A stretch of 64,000 nucleotides of DNA from Felis catus (Eukaryota), in the NCBI RefSeq assembly GCF_018350175.1, contig NC_058383.1, positions 18,290,001 through 18,354,000 of the forward strand, given 5' to 3'. The position numbers and the translations under genes were made by a program. Numbering within the stretch: position 1 is the stretch's first letter; each line of letters opens with the position of its first letter. This document shows positions 1 to 11,765 of this stretch, one piece after another. Below the pieces are notes generated by a model that was not told where the DNA came from, did no database searches, and saw only the letters and a program-made list of their open reading frames with translations.

Positions 1-95
1 AGATTTTGTGTGATCATACATTTTCATTTCTCTTGAGGAAAATGAAATACTAAGGAGTGGAGTTGCTGGATCATACGGTAACTCTATGTTTAATC

Positions 96-304
96 TTTTT
101 TTTTTTTAATGTTAATTTTTATTAGAGAGAGAGAGCGCGCATGAGCAAGGGAGGGGCAAAGAGAGACGGAGAGAGAGAATCCCAGGCAGGTTCCACTCTC
201 AGCTTGGAGGCCAACACAGGACTTGATTTCATGACTCTGTGATCATGACCTAAGCTGAAATCAAGAGTCAGACACTTAACTGATTGAGCCACCCAGGTGT
301 TCCC
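96..304 (-). mobile_element. Can-SINE (tRNA-derived carnivore SINE)
   Basis: Poly-T, then (GA)n, then ...gatcatgacctaagctgaaatcaagagtcagacacttaactgattgagccacccagg. Confidence 0.85.
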
Positions 305-592
305 ATTAAATCTTTTGAGGAGCTTCCAGGCTGTTTTACAGCCGTGAATCAGAATTCCAATTTCTCCACGTCCTCACCAACATTTGTTATTGTCAGTCTT
401 TTTTATTCCAACCATCCTAGGCAGTGGGAAATAGTATCTCGCTGTGGTTCTGATTGGCATGGCTAATGACACTGAACGTCTTTTTTTCATGCACTTATTT
501 GTCTATCTCCTTTGGAGAAATGTTTATTTGGAGTTTGCTTGTGAAAAAATAATTGGATAATTTGTCTTATAATTATTGACTTCTAAGAGTTC

Positions 593-806
593 TTTTTTTT
601 TTTTTAATTTTTTTAATGTTGATTTATTTTTGAGAGAGACAGAGACAGAATGCGAGTGGATTAGGGGCAGAGAGAGAGGGAGACACAGAATCCGAAGCAG
701 GCTCCAGGCTCTGAGCTGTCAGCACAGAGCCCGACGCGGGGCTCGAACTCACAAGCTGTGAGATCGTGACCTGAGCCGAAGTCGGACGCTCAACCGACTG
801 AGCCAC
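593..806 (-). mobile_element. SINEC_Fc-type SINE running into a gap
   Basis: cacagaatccgaagcaggctccaggctctgagctgtcagcacagagcccgacgcggggctcgaactcac, the felid-type SINE body. Confidence 0.9.
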
Positions 807-1390
807 NNNNNNNNNNNNNNNNNNNNNNNNNNNNNNNNNNNNNNNNNNNNNNNNNNNNNNNNNNNNNNNNNNNNNNNNNNNNNNNNNNNNNNNNNNNNNN
901 NNNNNNNNNNNNNNNNNNNNNNNNNNNNNNNNNNNNNNNNNNNNNNNNNNNNNNNNNNNNNNNNNNNNNNNNNNNNNNNNNNNNNNNNNNNNNNNNNNNN
1001 NNNNNNNNNNNCAGGCTTTGCCTAACTCAAGCTCACTAAGATTTACTTGCATATTTTCTACTAAAATTTTGTAGTTTTGACTTTACACTTAGCTCTATGA
1101 TCCATTTTTGAGTTAATTTTTGTGAATGATGTGAGGATGGGATCCAACTTCATTGTTTGCAAGTGGCTATTCAGTTGTCCCAATATGTTTTGTTGAAAAG
1201 ACTATTCTTTCTTACTGAATAATTTTGGCACCCTTATTGAAAACCAGCTGAACATGGATGTATATATGAATTTATTGCTGGACTCTGAGTTCTATTCCAT
1301 TGATCCATATGTCTATCCTTATGCTAGCACCACACTCTTTTAATTACTGTAGCTTTGTATTAAGTTTGAAATCTGAAAATGTGAGTCTTC

Positions 1391-1612
1391 AGGGTGCCTG
1401 GGTGGCTCAATCAGTTGAACATCCAACTTCGGCTCAGGTCATGATCTCACAGTCTGTGAGTTCGAGCCCCATGTGAGGCTCTGTGCTGACAGCTCAGAGC
1501 CTGGAGCCTGCTTCAGATTCTGTGCCTCCCTCTATCTCTGCCCCTCCCCGCCTCAAGTTCTGTCTCTCTCTGTTTCTGAAAAATGAATAAACCTTAAAAA
1601 AAAAAAAAAAAA
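1391..1612 (+). mobile_element. SINEC_Fc-type SINE with target-site duplication (TSD)
   Basis: GGGTGCCTGGGTGGCTCA head, (CT)n region and poly-A tail; TSD GAAAATGTGAGTC at 1375 and 1613. Confidence 0.9.
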
Positions 1613-1953
1613 GAAAATGTGAGTCCTTAACTTTGTTCTTCTTTTTAAAAATTGTCATTATTCCAGATTCCTTTAATTACTATATGAATTTTAGGATCAA
1701 CTTCTCCAGTTGTTTTTGCAAACAAGCCCTTGTTCTTTTTATAATGGTTAGAACCAGAATAATATCATGAGAGATTACTCTGGACAAAAATAAAATATAA
1801 CCCACCTATGATTGCATCACCTAAGTAATAATTATTGAGCACCTATTATGTAGCAAGCATGGGGAATATAGAGATGTATAAGACCCGGGTCCTCACTCCA
1901 AGCTGCTTACAGTCTAGCAAGGATACAGACATGAACAGAAGTAAATACCTTTC

Positions 1954-2150
1954 TTTCTTTTCTTTCCTTTTAATTATTTGAGAAAGAGCTAAAGCATGTG
2001 CACAAGTGGGGGAGGGGCAGAGGGAGAGAAAGAATCTCAAGCAGATTCCCTGCTGAGCCAAGTTGGGGCTCAATCCCACCACCCTGGGATCACGACCTGA
2101 GCTGATATCAAGAGTCAGATGCTCAACCCACTGAGCCACCCAGGCTCCCC
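1954..2150 (-). mobile_element. Can-SINE with 15-bp TSD
   Basis: TSD AAGTAAATACCTTTC at 1939 and 2152. Confidence 0.85.
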
Positions 2151-2640
2151 AAAGTAAATACCTTTCAATGTATGTAGTAGCTCACAAGATACAGTGGGAA
2201 TAGTTAGGAGCCTGCCAAGCAGGGATAGTGAAAACAGGCTTTTCCAAGGATTCAGTGCCTGAGCTGGCTTGAGGGAGGTTTAGGGCTTTGCTCTTCCAGC
2301 CAGAGGGACAAGCACATACAAAAGTATGCAGATGGGGACCGTAATGGCATGTTTGAGAACTTCAAGGGGTTCATTTTGGTGCAGGGGAAGGAGTGTTGAG
2401 TGAGTGGCAACAGATGGCCTGGAGAGAGCAGACAGAATCCTATGGAAGGTCTTGTGTGCCAAGCCCAGGTAGTTGAATTTTAGTACGTTGGGCAAACTCA
2501 CAATTTTAGGCAGAAAAATAGTAGGGTTTTGTTGTTGTTCTTTTAAAAGATCACAGTCTGTTGGCTGATTGTCTGGTAGGAATGCGCCCAGATGGAGGAG
2601 GACCAGTTAGGAGGTGGTTGCAATAGAAAGATGATGAGAA

Positions 2641-2976
2641 GGGGCACCTGGCTGGCTCAGTTGGTGGAGTCTGTGGCTCTTGATCTAGGGGTTGTGAGTT
2701 CAAGCCCCATGATGGGTGTAGAGATTACTTAAAAAAAATTAAATAAAATCTTTTTTTTTTTAACATTTATTTATTTTGGGGAGATAGAGCGAGAGAGAAG
2801 CAGAGAGAGGGGGAGACACAAAATCCAAAGCAGGCTCCGGACTCTGAGCTGTCAGCACAGACCCTGATGCGGGGCTCGAACTCATGAACCATGAGATCAT
2901 GACCTAGCCAAAGTCGGATCCTTAACCGACTGAGCCACCCAGGCACCCCTAAATAAAATCTTTGGAAAAAAAAAAA
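2641..2976. mobile_element. Nested Can-SINEs: + strand short SINE with a - strand SINEC_Fc inserted in its tail (2754-2949)
   Basis: Outer TSD AAGATGAT(G/A)AGAA at ~2628 and ~2978; inner TSD TAAATAAAATCTTT at 2740 and 2950. Confidence 0.85.
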
Positions 2977-3199
2977 GAAGATGATAAGAAAAACTGAGCT
3001 AAAACAATGCTGTGAAAAACCGGGACTGATCTAAGAGACACTGGCAGTGTGGGATTGACAGGACTTTGGTAATTAATTTGATCTGGAAAACACTGAAAAA
3101 GGGGCATTCTCTTAGAAAATTTTACATGTACATTTCTCAGTTCTCATTATGATATAGGTACTGGTTTCTATTTCTCTTTTTTCTCCTTATGACATCATT

Positions 3200-4510
3200 C
3201 TTTTTTCTTACTGCCCGGCCTGAATGTTATTATTTTAATGGATGTAAGGTGATCCATTAAGTGGCTAGGCCATCACTTGTAATGCTTTTCCTAGTGTTAA
3301 ACATCTCTACTGTTTCTTATTTTTTGGCATTTTTTGTGAAATCACAATAAACATCTTGGTATACGTGGCATTTTTCTTTTGAATCCTTACCTTAGGATTA
3401 GTTTCTACAAGTGGTATGACTGAGTCCAAGGGTATGGACCTTTTTTTAATGGACAAATTCATTTTGTTGTGGATTTAGAGCACATAGAAGTATACAAAGC
3501 AGGTGTAAAAATCTTCCTTGCCTCAGGGTGCTTGATGGCTCAGTTGGTTAAGTGACTGACTTTGGCTCAAGTTATGATCTCACAGATCGTGGGTTTGAGC
3601 CCCCCATCGAGCTGTATGCTGTCAGCATGGAGCCTGCTTCATATTCTCCATCTCCCTCTCTCTCTGTTCCTCCCTTGTGTTCCCCCCACCCCTACTCTCT
3701 CTGTATCAGAAAAACAAAACAAAAAATCCTCCTCATCTCCCCTGCACAGTCCACAGTTTGATGGGCATCTTCCTAGTCCCTCTCTGTACCCATTTGAAAT
3801 TATGACAGAAACAGCCAAATTGTATTTTTCTGAAAGGTGTCACTCATTAAAACTGCCCATTTCTCCACATCTTCAGCAATTCTTATTATTATCAGTCTTT
3901 TTAATTTTTACCAATTTAATGAGCAAAGGAATTACCTGATTGTTTTAATTTACTTTCTCCCGATTATTAGTGAGGTTGAACATCTTTTGGTTTATTGGCC
4001 ATTTTTGTGCCTCCGTGAATTTCCTGTTCATATCCTTTGCCCATTTTACTTGTATTTGTCTTGCGGTTTTGTGGGGGGGAAAAAAAAAGAAAAAAATGGT
4101 TTACCTTTATCTTCTTGATTTTTAGAAGATCCTTTTACATTCTGTATAGTAAGCCTTTTTGCCAGTTAAACATAGGTATTTTCATCCATTCTGTTACTTT
4201 TTTTAAGTTCTCTTTCACTGTAGAGAAGTTTTTAACTGTTATGAGTTGTTTATTGCTCTCATTCTTTACTCAGGCTTGTAGGTCTTGTGTCTTTTTTAGG
4301 AAGGCCTTCCTCACTTTAAAATTAGAAAATATTCTTCTGTATTTTCTTTGGGTTTTGTTTTGTTTAGTTTGTTAGTATAGGTCTTTAGCACATCTGGACT
4401 TTATTTTATAGTGTGAGATGAGTCTAACTTTTTTTTTTTTTCCACAAATGGAAATCGTTCCAAATTCACTGACTAAATAGGCCATCCTTTTCCCGCTAAT
4501 TTGAAATGGG
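3200..4510 (-). mobile_element. Degenerate L1M fragments with an inserted Can-SINE (~3525-3721, +)
   Basis: T-rich L1 3' text (gaggttgaacatctttt, ctgttcatatcctttgcccatttt); SINE head cagggtgcttgatggctcagttggttaag with TSD-like AAAAATC(T/C)TCCT. Confidence 0.65.
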
Positions 4511-4871
4511 GTGTGAACCTTTCAATGGATTTTGGTACCTAGTAGAAAGCTACTTTCTTAAAAAGGACAAACTAGTTTATACAGACTGACATTGGCAATG
4601 TGTATCTGCCCCAGTTTCACTGCAACTTTGTGAGTACTGGTATGATTACTTTATTGATTGTAAGCTAACTTAATTTTTTGTTTATATTGGTACACAGTTA
4701 TTGTCATTTCTCAATGACATGATGATGGCACATAGAGTACTTTATTGAATAGCCTCAATGCCAAAACACCCGGTACTGTAGGAAGCCTTAGAAATGAATG
4801 TAAGTCTGAAGATGGATGGCTTCCAACCCACCCTCCATTTTCTTCCAACCCCTCTCCTGTGTCTCTCATAG

Positions 4872-6644
4872 GATCCTCTGCAACAGAGCTGGTCCTCATT
4901 ACAGCCAGGGTGACCGCAGAGAGGACCCCAGGAACCTGCCTGTATTTTAGTGCTGCCCCAGGAATCCTGCCCGCCAGCCAGCCCCCCATATCCTGCTCAG
5001 AGGAGGGAGCAGGAAATGCCACCTTGAATTCTAGGATGGCTGAGGAGTGTGTCAGGGTCTGGAGCCACGAAGGCCTTGTGCTCACCAAGCTGCTCACGTC
5101 GGTAAGAACCTCAGGTTGTTGGGGTTTCATAGACTGCCGTGCTGAACGCTGTGTCTTGAAGGCTTCTGGAGGCAGTTTTACCTAACAGAAAAAGGCATAG
5201 GGCTCTATAATTCTGCCTCAGAGGGGGTGTGACCTTGAGCAAGCATCTGAGCCTCTCTGAGTTGTAAAAATGGAAACATCATCTGTAAAATGGAAAACAT
5301 AATATTATCTCCTGATTCCAACAAATAAAGATGAATGAGAATTAATGTCAAGTGCTCAGGACAATGCCTGGTACATAACAGATTTGGATAAACGACAGCT
5401 ATTACTATTAACTTGTCTTTAAACAGAATAAAGGAATTTGGAAGCTGTAAGAAGGGGCAGAATGGGCTAATTGCTATCATAGAGATGTGAGCAAAGTGTT
5501 ATTCAGACATGGAGTAAGGAGCAATTAACCCTAACTTGAACATTTATGGAGAGTGCTTCACAGAGAAGGTGGCATTTAAGAAAGGGAATTGTGTACAGTA
5601 GTTTATAATGTACCAAGTGCTTTCAAGTTCATTATCTCATTTGATCTTAAAATAGCCTTTTGAGGTAGCTGTTATTATCCCATTTTACAGATGAGGAAAC
5701 AGGCTTAGAGGGAGCGAATTGCCCAAGGCCACACAACTGGTTAAGTGGCAGATACAGGATTGCAACCTCTGCCTTCTGACTGTAGTCCCAGGCTTTGTCT
5801 GCCCTTTCACGGTGACCCTTGAAGAGGAGGAAGATGTGGATGGAGAATGCAATAGAGGGGGTTCAGGAGAGGGGGAACGCATTTCAGGCAAAAGGACCGG
5901 CACAAACACAGGCCTAGAGATTGAAAAGTGCTCGGCCTTCGAGGGCACTCCATGCTGAGGGGCTTAGGAATGACTGAGGGGAAGAGACAGAAGGGATGCA
6001 GAGGCCTGATTATGAGGTACCGTGATGCCAGGCTAAAATGCTACAACTTGACACTGTAGGCCAGGGGGTCCAGTGGTGCTGTGTGGAAGGAGAGAGACCA
6101 GTTAGGAGGCTGCTGTGTACTCTTTCCTCACACTTGCAAGGACCCTGGTGAGGAACACCACCTGGGAGTTTAGAACCAGAGAAAATACTTGTTTCCAGAC
6201 CTGGCCCTGCTTGAACATATTTAAAATGTGGATAGTAGTGGACTTTCCTACCTCTTGGAGACATTGTGGGATTTCACGTAAATGGCTGGGCAAGAAAGCA
6301 GTTTGTAGACCATCGAGACAATTAGCTTATACAGAAATTACATTTCTCTTTGGGTTCTCCTTCTCTCCTGGATGTAGAGAGCCCTCTCCCCCATGGGGGC
6401 TTCTCTCTGTAGTTCTTGGCCTGGGGATAAGATGTCTTCCCAGGGGAAGATTCTCCACCCTCCCTCTCTCATTCATGCCTCCTTCCCTTCCTGTGCCCAT
6501 CCCTAGGAGGAGCTGGCTCTGTGTGGCTCCAGACTGTTTGTTTTGGGCTCCTTCCTGCTTCTCTTCTGTGGCCTTCTCTGCTGTCTCACTGCTGTGTGCT
6601 TTCACCCGCGCCGGGAATCCCATTGGTCTAGAACCCGGCTCTGA
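4872..6644 (+). CDS. TMEM219: TMEM219 (IGFBP-3 receptor), last two coding exons; 5' part lies upstream of the window
   Basis: Exon 4872-5101 (ag|GATCC...TCG|gtaag) encodes GSSATELVLITARVTAERTPGTCLYFSAAPGILPASQPPISCSEEGAGNATL...HEGLVLTKLLTS. Exon 6507-6644 encodes EELALCGSRLFVLGSFLLLFCGLLCCLTAVCFHPRRESHWSRTRL*, matching the recalled TMEM219 C-terminus with its TM helix. Confidence 0.95.
5222..5790. mobile_element. Two MIR elements (+ ~5222-5410; - ~5595-5790)
   Basis: MIR core gtgtgaccttgagcaag...catctgtaaaatgg and its reverse form cccattttacagatgaggaaac...ttgcccaaggccacac. Confidence 0.7.
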
Positions 6645-7715
6645 GGGCGCTGGCCTAGTTCCCAACTTGTTCTCAGGTAAGGTTCTTTGCCCCAGTCCTG
6701 TGGGAGTAGGGGATGGAGTAGGGGTGGCAATTATAACTGAGATAGAGTCATTCCTTAATAATATGGTTTGGTTTTATTTTTGAACTTTATGTAGATGGAA
6801 TCACATGCATTCTTTTGTGACTGACTTCTTTCAGTTAACATTCTGATTTTTAAGATTTCATGCATAGCTGTAGTTCACATCCAAGTTTTTTGGTAACAGT
6901 GGGAGTCAAGAGGGTTCAAATTTGATGATGCATCCTGGATGCGAATTAGGGTTGTCTTGCTTTTGTCCTGACATCCTGATACCCATTTTTATGATGCAGC
7001 TTTTGTAAAACTCAAATTGAACAGCTCAAAAGGATCGGTGATGCCCATTTACTAGGCACATACTTTGTGCCCAAGCATTTTACATACACCTCTTTTCCAT
7101 CAGCCTTCACTGCATTTAGAAAAAGTTGATTCTGCTAACAGGATCTTTGGAGGAACACACCTCACAAAGGTAGCAGTGGGTGGGGGACATATTGGCTAAC
7201 CATTTCATGTGTCAGCTCATTAAAGAAAAAAATTTTTTCTGTAAACAAGTCTCACTCTGTCAGATGGATCTCACATAATATGCAAGTTACCTATTGTGCA
7301 GCCAACTCTTAAACTATTCTCAGCTTCAACAACTGGCTGCTGTGCCCTAGGAAATAACCTGGGGAGAAGCGGCAACTGCCCAAGCCCAGGGAGGGGCTCT
7401 GGCCAAAGGAACTGGATTGCTGAAAATCAACCTTGCTTATTTTGCTCAGGGCTAGACTTCACTGCCCTATCCATCTGCCTGGGATGGGAGATGGTGGAAC
7501 TCTCTTAGCCTTTCTTAGATCTGAGTGGACTGGGAAAGGAAGCCTCTCTGGCTCCTGGCAGATCCTGGGGTCCTGAAGTTATCCACCCCAGTCAGGATAA
7601 GTGCTTGTACCTATCTCTAGCCGCCATTGCCTCTGCTCCTTACTTTGCAGCCATCCCAGAGCTTCCCCCAAGGGCCCTGTGATCTGCCCTGGTTTTTAAT
7701 TTTCTTTTTCTCCAG

Positions 7716-7820
7716 GTGTGAATCAACTTCTCTGGCCTTTGTTCTGAGTTCGAAGAAATGTTACAAAAAATGGAGAGCTGGAATGTGGGGGGAAATAAAA
7801 GGCTTTTTTGCCCAATGTCG
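7716..7820 (+). other. TMEM219: Probable non-coding last exon (3' UTR) of TMEM219 with polyA signal
   Basis: Donor CAG|gtaagg after 6676; pyrimidine tract tttctttttctccag|G acceptor ending at 7715; AATAAA at 7794-7799. The end coordinate is approximate. Confidence 0.7.
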
Positions 7821-8269
7821 CCCAGGGTGTTTATTGGGGATTGGATGGAGGTGGGAATTTCAGGGCAGACAGGTTTGGGGGACTTTACCTTGTTGAATCT
7901 TCAGTTTGGGATAGAGGCTGGCAAAGGGCGTGGATTACTGCAGCTCTATCCTCCTTTTGCCCTTGGAAAACACCTTTTGATCGCAGCTCTGCCACTTTAT
8001 GTCTTGTTTTCTTGTATGAAATAAGGTTGATAGTTCCCACTAGTTGATAGAATTAGGTGGGTATGGTCATGGAGATGCTCTGACATAAAGGCTTTGTGAC
8101 CTTGGGCAGGTCATGCAATTGTGAGATGCCTGCTTCCCGAAGGGATTTGACAGACTGAGTTTTCCTAGCAGATTCCTCGAACTTAGGAGCCCACGTCCTG
8201 GCTGTATGGTTACTAACCAGAGCAGTCCATTTTCCCGCCTTTTCCGAGCCCAGCAAGCCTCCCTCCCTT

Positions 8270-9192
8270 GCCCCTCCCAACAGCTACCCTACACGCAGGC
8301 GCAGATCACGGCTTCTTCTTTCCTTCCACTCGCGCCCCCTCAAAGCTTCCCCTAGCAACAAGCTCGGGCTCTGCGCTGAGGAGGAGCGAACGCATGCGCC
8401 GAAGCCCTCTCCACCGCCAGTTGTCGGACTGCGCGCTGAGCTCCTCCCCCTTCAAGCCTAGCCCTTCTCCCCGCCTCCTTCCATCCCAGGGTCCGCGTGG
8501 CGGGGCGCGCGCGCACTCCGGCTTGGTGGCTGCACATCTCCCAGGCCGCGGCAGTAAGGATAGAGGGGCGGGGCTATTCACTTAGGGCTCCGCCNNNNNN
8601 NNNNNNNNNNNNNNNNNNNNNNNNNNNNNNNNNNNNNNNNNNNNNNNNNNNNNNNNNNNNNNNNNNNNNNNNNNNNNNNNNNNNNNNNNNNNNNNNNNNN
8701 NNNNNNNNNNNNNNNNNNNNNNNNNNAGGAGAGGGAGAGAAGGCGCGGGGACCGCCCTTAGCTACAATCTTTCAGCTGCCCTCAGGAGAGGAAGGGGGAA
8801 AGGGAGGAGACCGGGGCGGGAGTAAGGGCTGTCACCCTCGGACCCCGGCGTGAGAGGGGCCGTGCGGCCGGACGTCCTCGGGGTGGGCCCCCTGTCGGTG
8901 GCCGAAGACCTGGGGCTCAGGCCCTTCCGTCGTGAATTTCCGGGCTTGACTCCTCGCTTCTCAAATATCCGGGTATCAGCCCCTCAGATCCCACATATCC
9001 AGGACTCGGGTCCTAACCTCTCTAAACCTGGGGCTCCGTTTCATAGGATTTCAAATATCGGGTTCAGGTCCCTGCGTGCACCAGTATCCGGGGTTCATTC
9101 CCCACGCGTTCAGGTATCAAATTCAGCCTCCCTTCGTTCAAATATCTGGGGTTCAGACCCCACAATCAGAAATCCGGGATTCAGCAACTGTC
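8270..9192 (+). promoter_or_regulatory. TAOK2: TAOK2 CpG-island promoter / non-coding exon 1 (partly in N gaps)
   Basis: CpG-dense; NRF1-like CGCATGCGC at 8391-8399; GC box GGGGCGGGGC ~8565; X-box-like CTTCCCCTAGCAAC at 8346-8359; lies upstream of the TAOK2 coding exons. Confidence 0.8.
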
Positions 9193-11489
9193 NNNNNNNN
9201 NNNNNNNNNNNNNNNNNNNNNNNNNNNNNNNNNNNNNNNNNNNNNNNNNNNNNNNNNNNNNNNNNNNNNNNNNNNNNNNNNNNNNNNNNNNNNNNNNNNN
9301 NNNNNNNNNNNNNNNNNNNNNNNNNNNNNNNNNNNNNNNNNNNNNNNNNNNNNNNNNNNNNNNNNNNNNNNNNNNNNNNNNNNNNNNNNNNNNNNNNNNN
9401 NNNNNNNNNNNNNNNNNNNNNNNNNNNNNNNNNNNNNNNNNNNNNNNNNNNNNNNNNNGAAAGCGTGCTCCTTTTTGAGGAACTGGGCCTGGGTAGGCCC
9501 TCTCCTCAGGATGAAGCCCAGTGGGCCAGTGGTCAGCCTCTGGCTAGCCGTGCCTTCTGCTGCCACCTTGTTCCTCTTCCTTCATAATATCTGTTTCATG
9601 GGGGACCTCAGGTGACAGGGTCTTTGATGTCATGGGGGTCACGCCCTAAGGTGCTTGAGCTAATTAGATGGGTTTGCACTCTTTTGCTCTTCTCCCATGT
9701 TCACTTTGTCCCTCACAGCTACCTGTTCTCCATTATACCTCTTTCTCCTGATTGCTCTGGGGTGTTGATTCCCTTGCCTCTGATCTCTCTGATGGGTCCA
9801 CTTAGCTTTTTTTTTTTTTAGGCATGATCTGGTTGGATTTCTTGTCCTTTGAAGGAAGTGTGTGTGTGCATTTGTGTTTGGGGATGCCTGGCAATATTTT
9901 CCCCCACCTGTATTGTTACCTTCCAACCTCCTGCTGATGGTGATACATTTGTCAAGCGGTCTGTCATTTACAAGTGTTTTATATCTGTTCTCTCATGTGA
10001 CACCCCCCCCCCATTCACCCTGTGGGGGCCTCTTTTATTGCCGTCTTCCCATTTTACAGTTGAGAATATTGAGGCTCAGAGAGGTTGCTCAAGGTCACAC
10101 AGTAGCAGAATCAGGATTTGAACCCAGGTTCTTGATGAAGTTTTGCCCCTGCTCCATACCTGCCTCTTGCCGTCTCTTCTTGGCCAGGGGTCCAAAGGGG
10201 AATGAGTTGGGGTGAGATAGAAGAATGGGGGGTGGGGTGGGGAGAAGAGCTTCCTTTTTAGGAGGACTGTACTCAGAAGCTTTCCCTGATGGGAAGCTCT
10301 GGCTCCTGTCTTCTGTCTCATGGATTTTTCTCCCTACTGTGACCTTCATCTCTACCCTGATTCCAGTCTTTGGTCTGGGTTCCTGAGAGGGTTCTGTCTT
10401 TTGACAAATGATAGCCATAGTGGTGTCTCTTCACAGTTAAAGCCAAGCTGCTGGGGTAGGATGATCCCCAAAGTCTTAAGTCCTTTTTGTGGTGACCCTG
10501 GAGGCAGGGAAGGAAAAATCCATATGCTGAGTGTCTGCATAGTGTTCTTATGGATGAGATCTCATTAAAAATCTCACAACAGTCCTATGCTGTAATCCGT
10601 TTTACTGAAGAGAAGACCAAGCATAAGGAACTTACTCAAAACCCTGTTGCTGTATGTTGCCAATGAGATGTACTGTTAGTGTAGTTTAGGGACAGACAGA
10701 CTTGGGTTTCCCCATCTGCAGAATGGTGATAACATTGTCCCTTGAGAAGGTGGCTGTGATTTAGCATAGACCTTGGTAATTGCTCAAATGTTCATTATTT
10801 GAGGAAGAGGCCCCGTGTGATATTTTGTTGGCATCCTTACATGTGGCCTATGGTCCTGGGTTGACATTCTGGGCTGGGTGCTGGTAAAGAGGTCAAGAAG
10901 ATTCCTTTGGCAAGTTGTGAGCACCTGCCTGTGTGTGTGGGTGTGTGGTGGGGGTGAGGGGTGCTTGGCAGGGTTGCTGGCAGGAGAATGGAGAAGGGGG
11001 CCGATTCTGAGCAGCTTGGGAGCTGCTGAGGGCTTGGCTGAGGGCAATCAATCAATCTCCTAGGCTATTCTGAGCCCTCTGCACCCTGGGGGCCCACCGG
11101 AGAGTCAGGCTTACTTCTTGCCCTCCAGCTTCCAGTTGGGCTGAGACAAAATTAACAACACAACAGGAAACAATGCCCGACAGAATATAATTACATGCTA
11201 AATTGTTAGGTGCTTTAAAGGAGCTAGAACTCTGCCCTGGGAGTCCAGCTCTGCTGAAGGCTCTTTTGTGCCTAAATTCCAACAAGTGCTTAGCCAGGAG
11301 CTTGGCCTGGCATTCCCTGGGGAAAAGGGGCGGGGTCCTTGGCTACCAGGTACTGCAGGCTCTTTCTCTGGGTGTTGGGCTGGGTGCTCTAGGAGCTCTC
11401 CCCAAAGGCTGAAGTGGTCAAGGGAGGCTTCCTGCAGGAGGGGGCTAAGAGAGTAATAAGCACACAGGCCTGACTGGAGAGAAGGTCCT

Positions 11490-11765
11490 CTTCTCTGACC
11501 TTGAAGAAGTCCTCCTTCCTTTCTATGCCTCAGTCACCTCATCTGTGAAATGGTGATCACTATCCTGCCCTGCTTGTTTCATAGCGCTGTTTTAAAAACA
11601 GTGGTAGAGGACCAGCTTTGGATGTCACTTAACCTTTCTGAGCCTGTTTCCTCATTGCAAGATAAGGGTACCTCGATAGTAATACCTCACAAGGTTGTGG
11701 CAAGGGTTGAATGAGAGAGATGCATGTAAGGTGCTTACTGTACATGCTCAATAAATGTTATTTGT
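11490..11765 (+). mobile_element. MIR fragments in TAOK2 intron 1
   Basis: ctcagtcacctcatctgtgaaatgg; gagcctgtttcctcat...aatacctcacaaggttgtg...ctcaataaatg. Confidence 0.65.

Larger units (their letters stand above)
1..1720 (-). mobile_element. Old L1 3' fragment interrupted by three Can-SINEs
   Basis: L1-antisense-like text (ggagtggagttgctggatcatacggtaactctatgttt; tccaacttcattg; tattccattgatc; ttgttcttcttt). Subfamily not assignable by eye. Confidence 0.7.

Noticed and set aside
1391-1480. tRNA-like A/B box sequences
   Set aside because: These are heads of tRNA-derived Can-SINEs, not tRNA genes.
5264-5300. Short local tandem duplications (also ~46808-46847, ~62566-62593, ~62738-62764)
   Set aside because: Ordinary slippage events, mostly within or beside TE remnants, with no functional indication.
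8933-9192. Possible CRISPR-like repeat array
   Set aside because: Mammalian DNA; the units are degenerate and contiguous with no unique spacers or cas genes. Kept only as a minisatellite finding.
8850-9615. ORFs spanning N gaps (also 624-1052, 12368-12796, 22584-23127, 32692-33231)
   Set aside because: Their length is created by Ns that hide stop codons.
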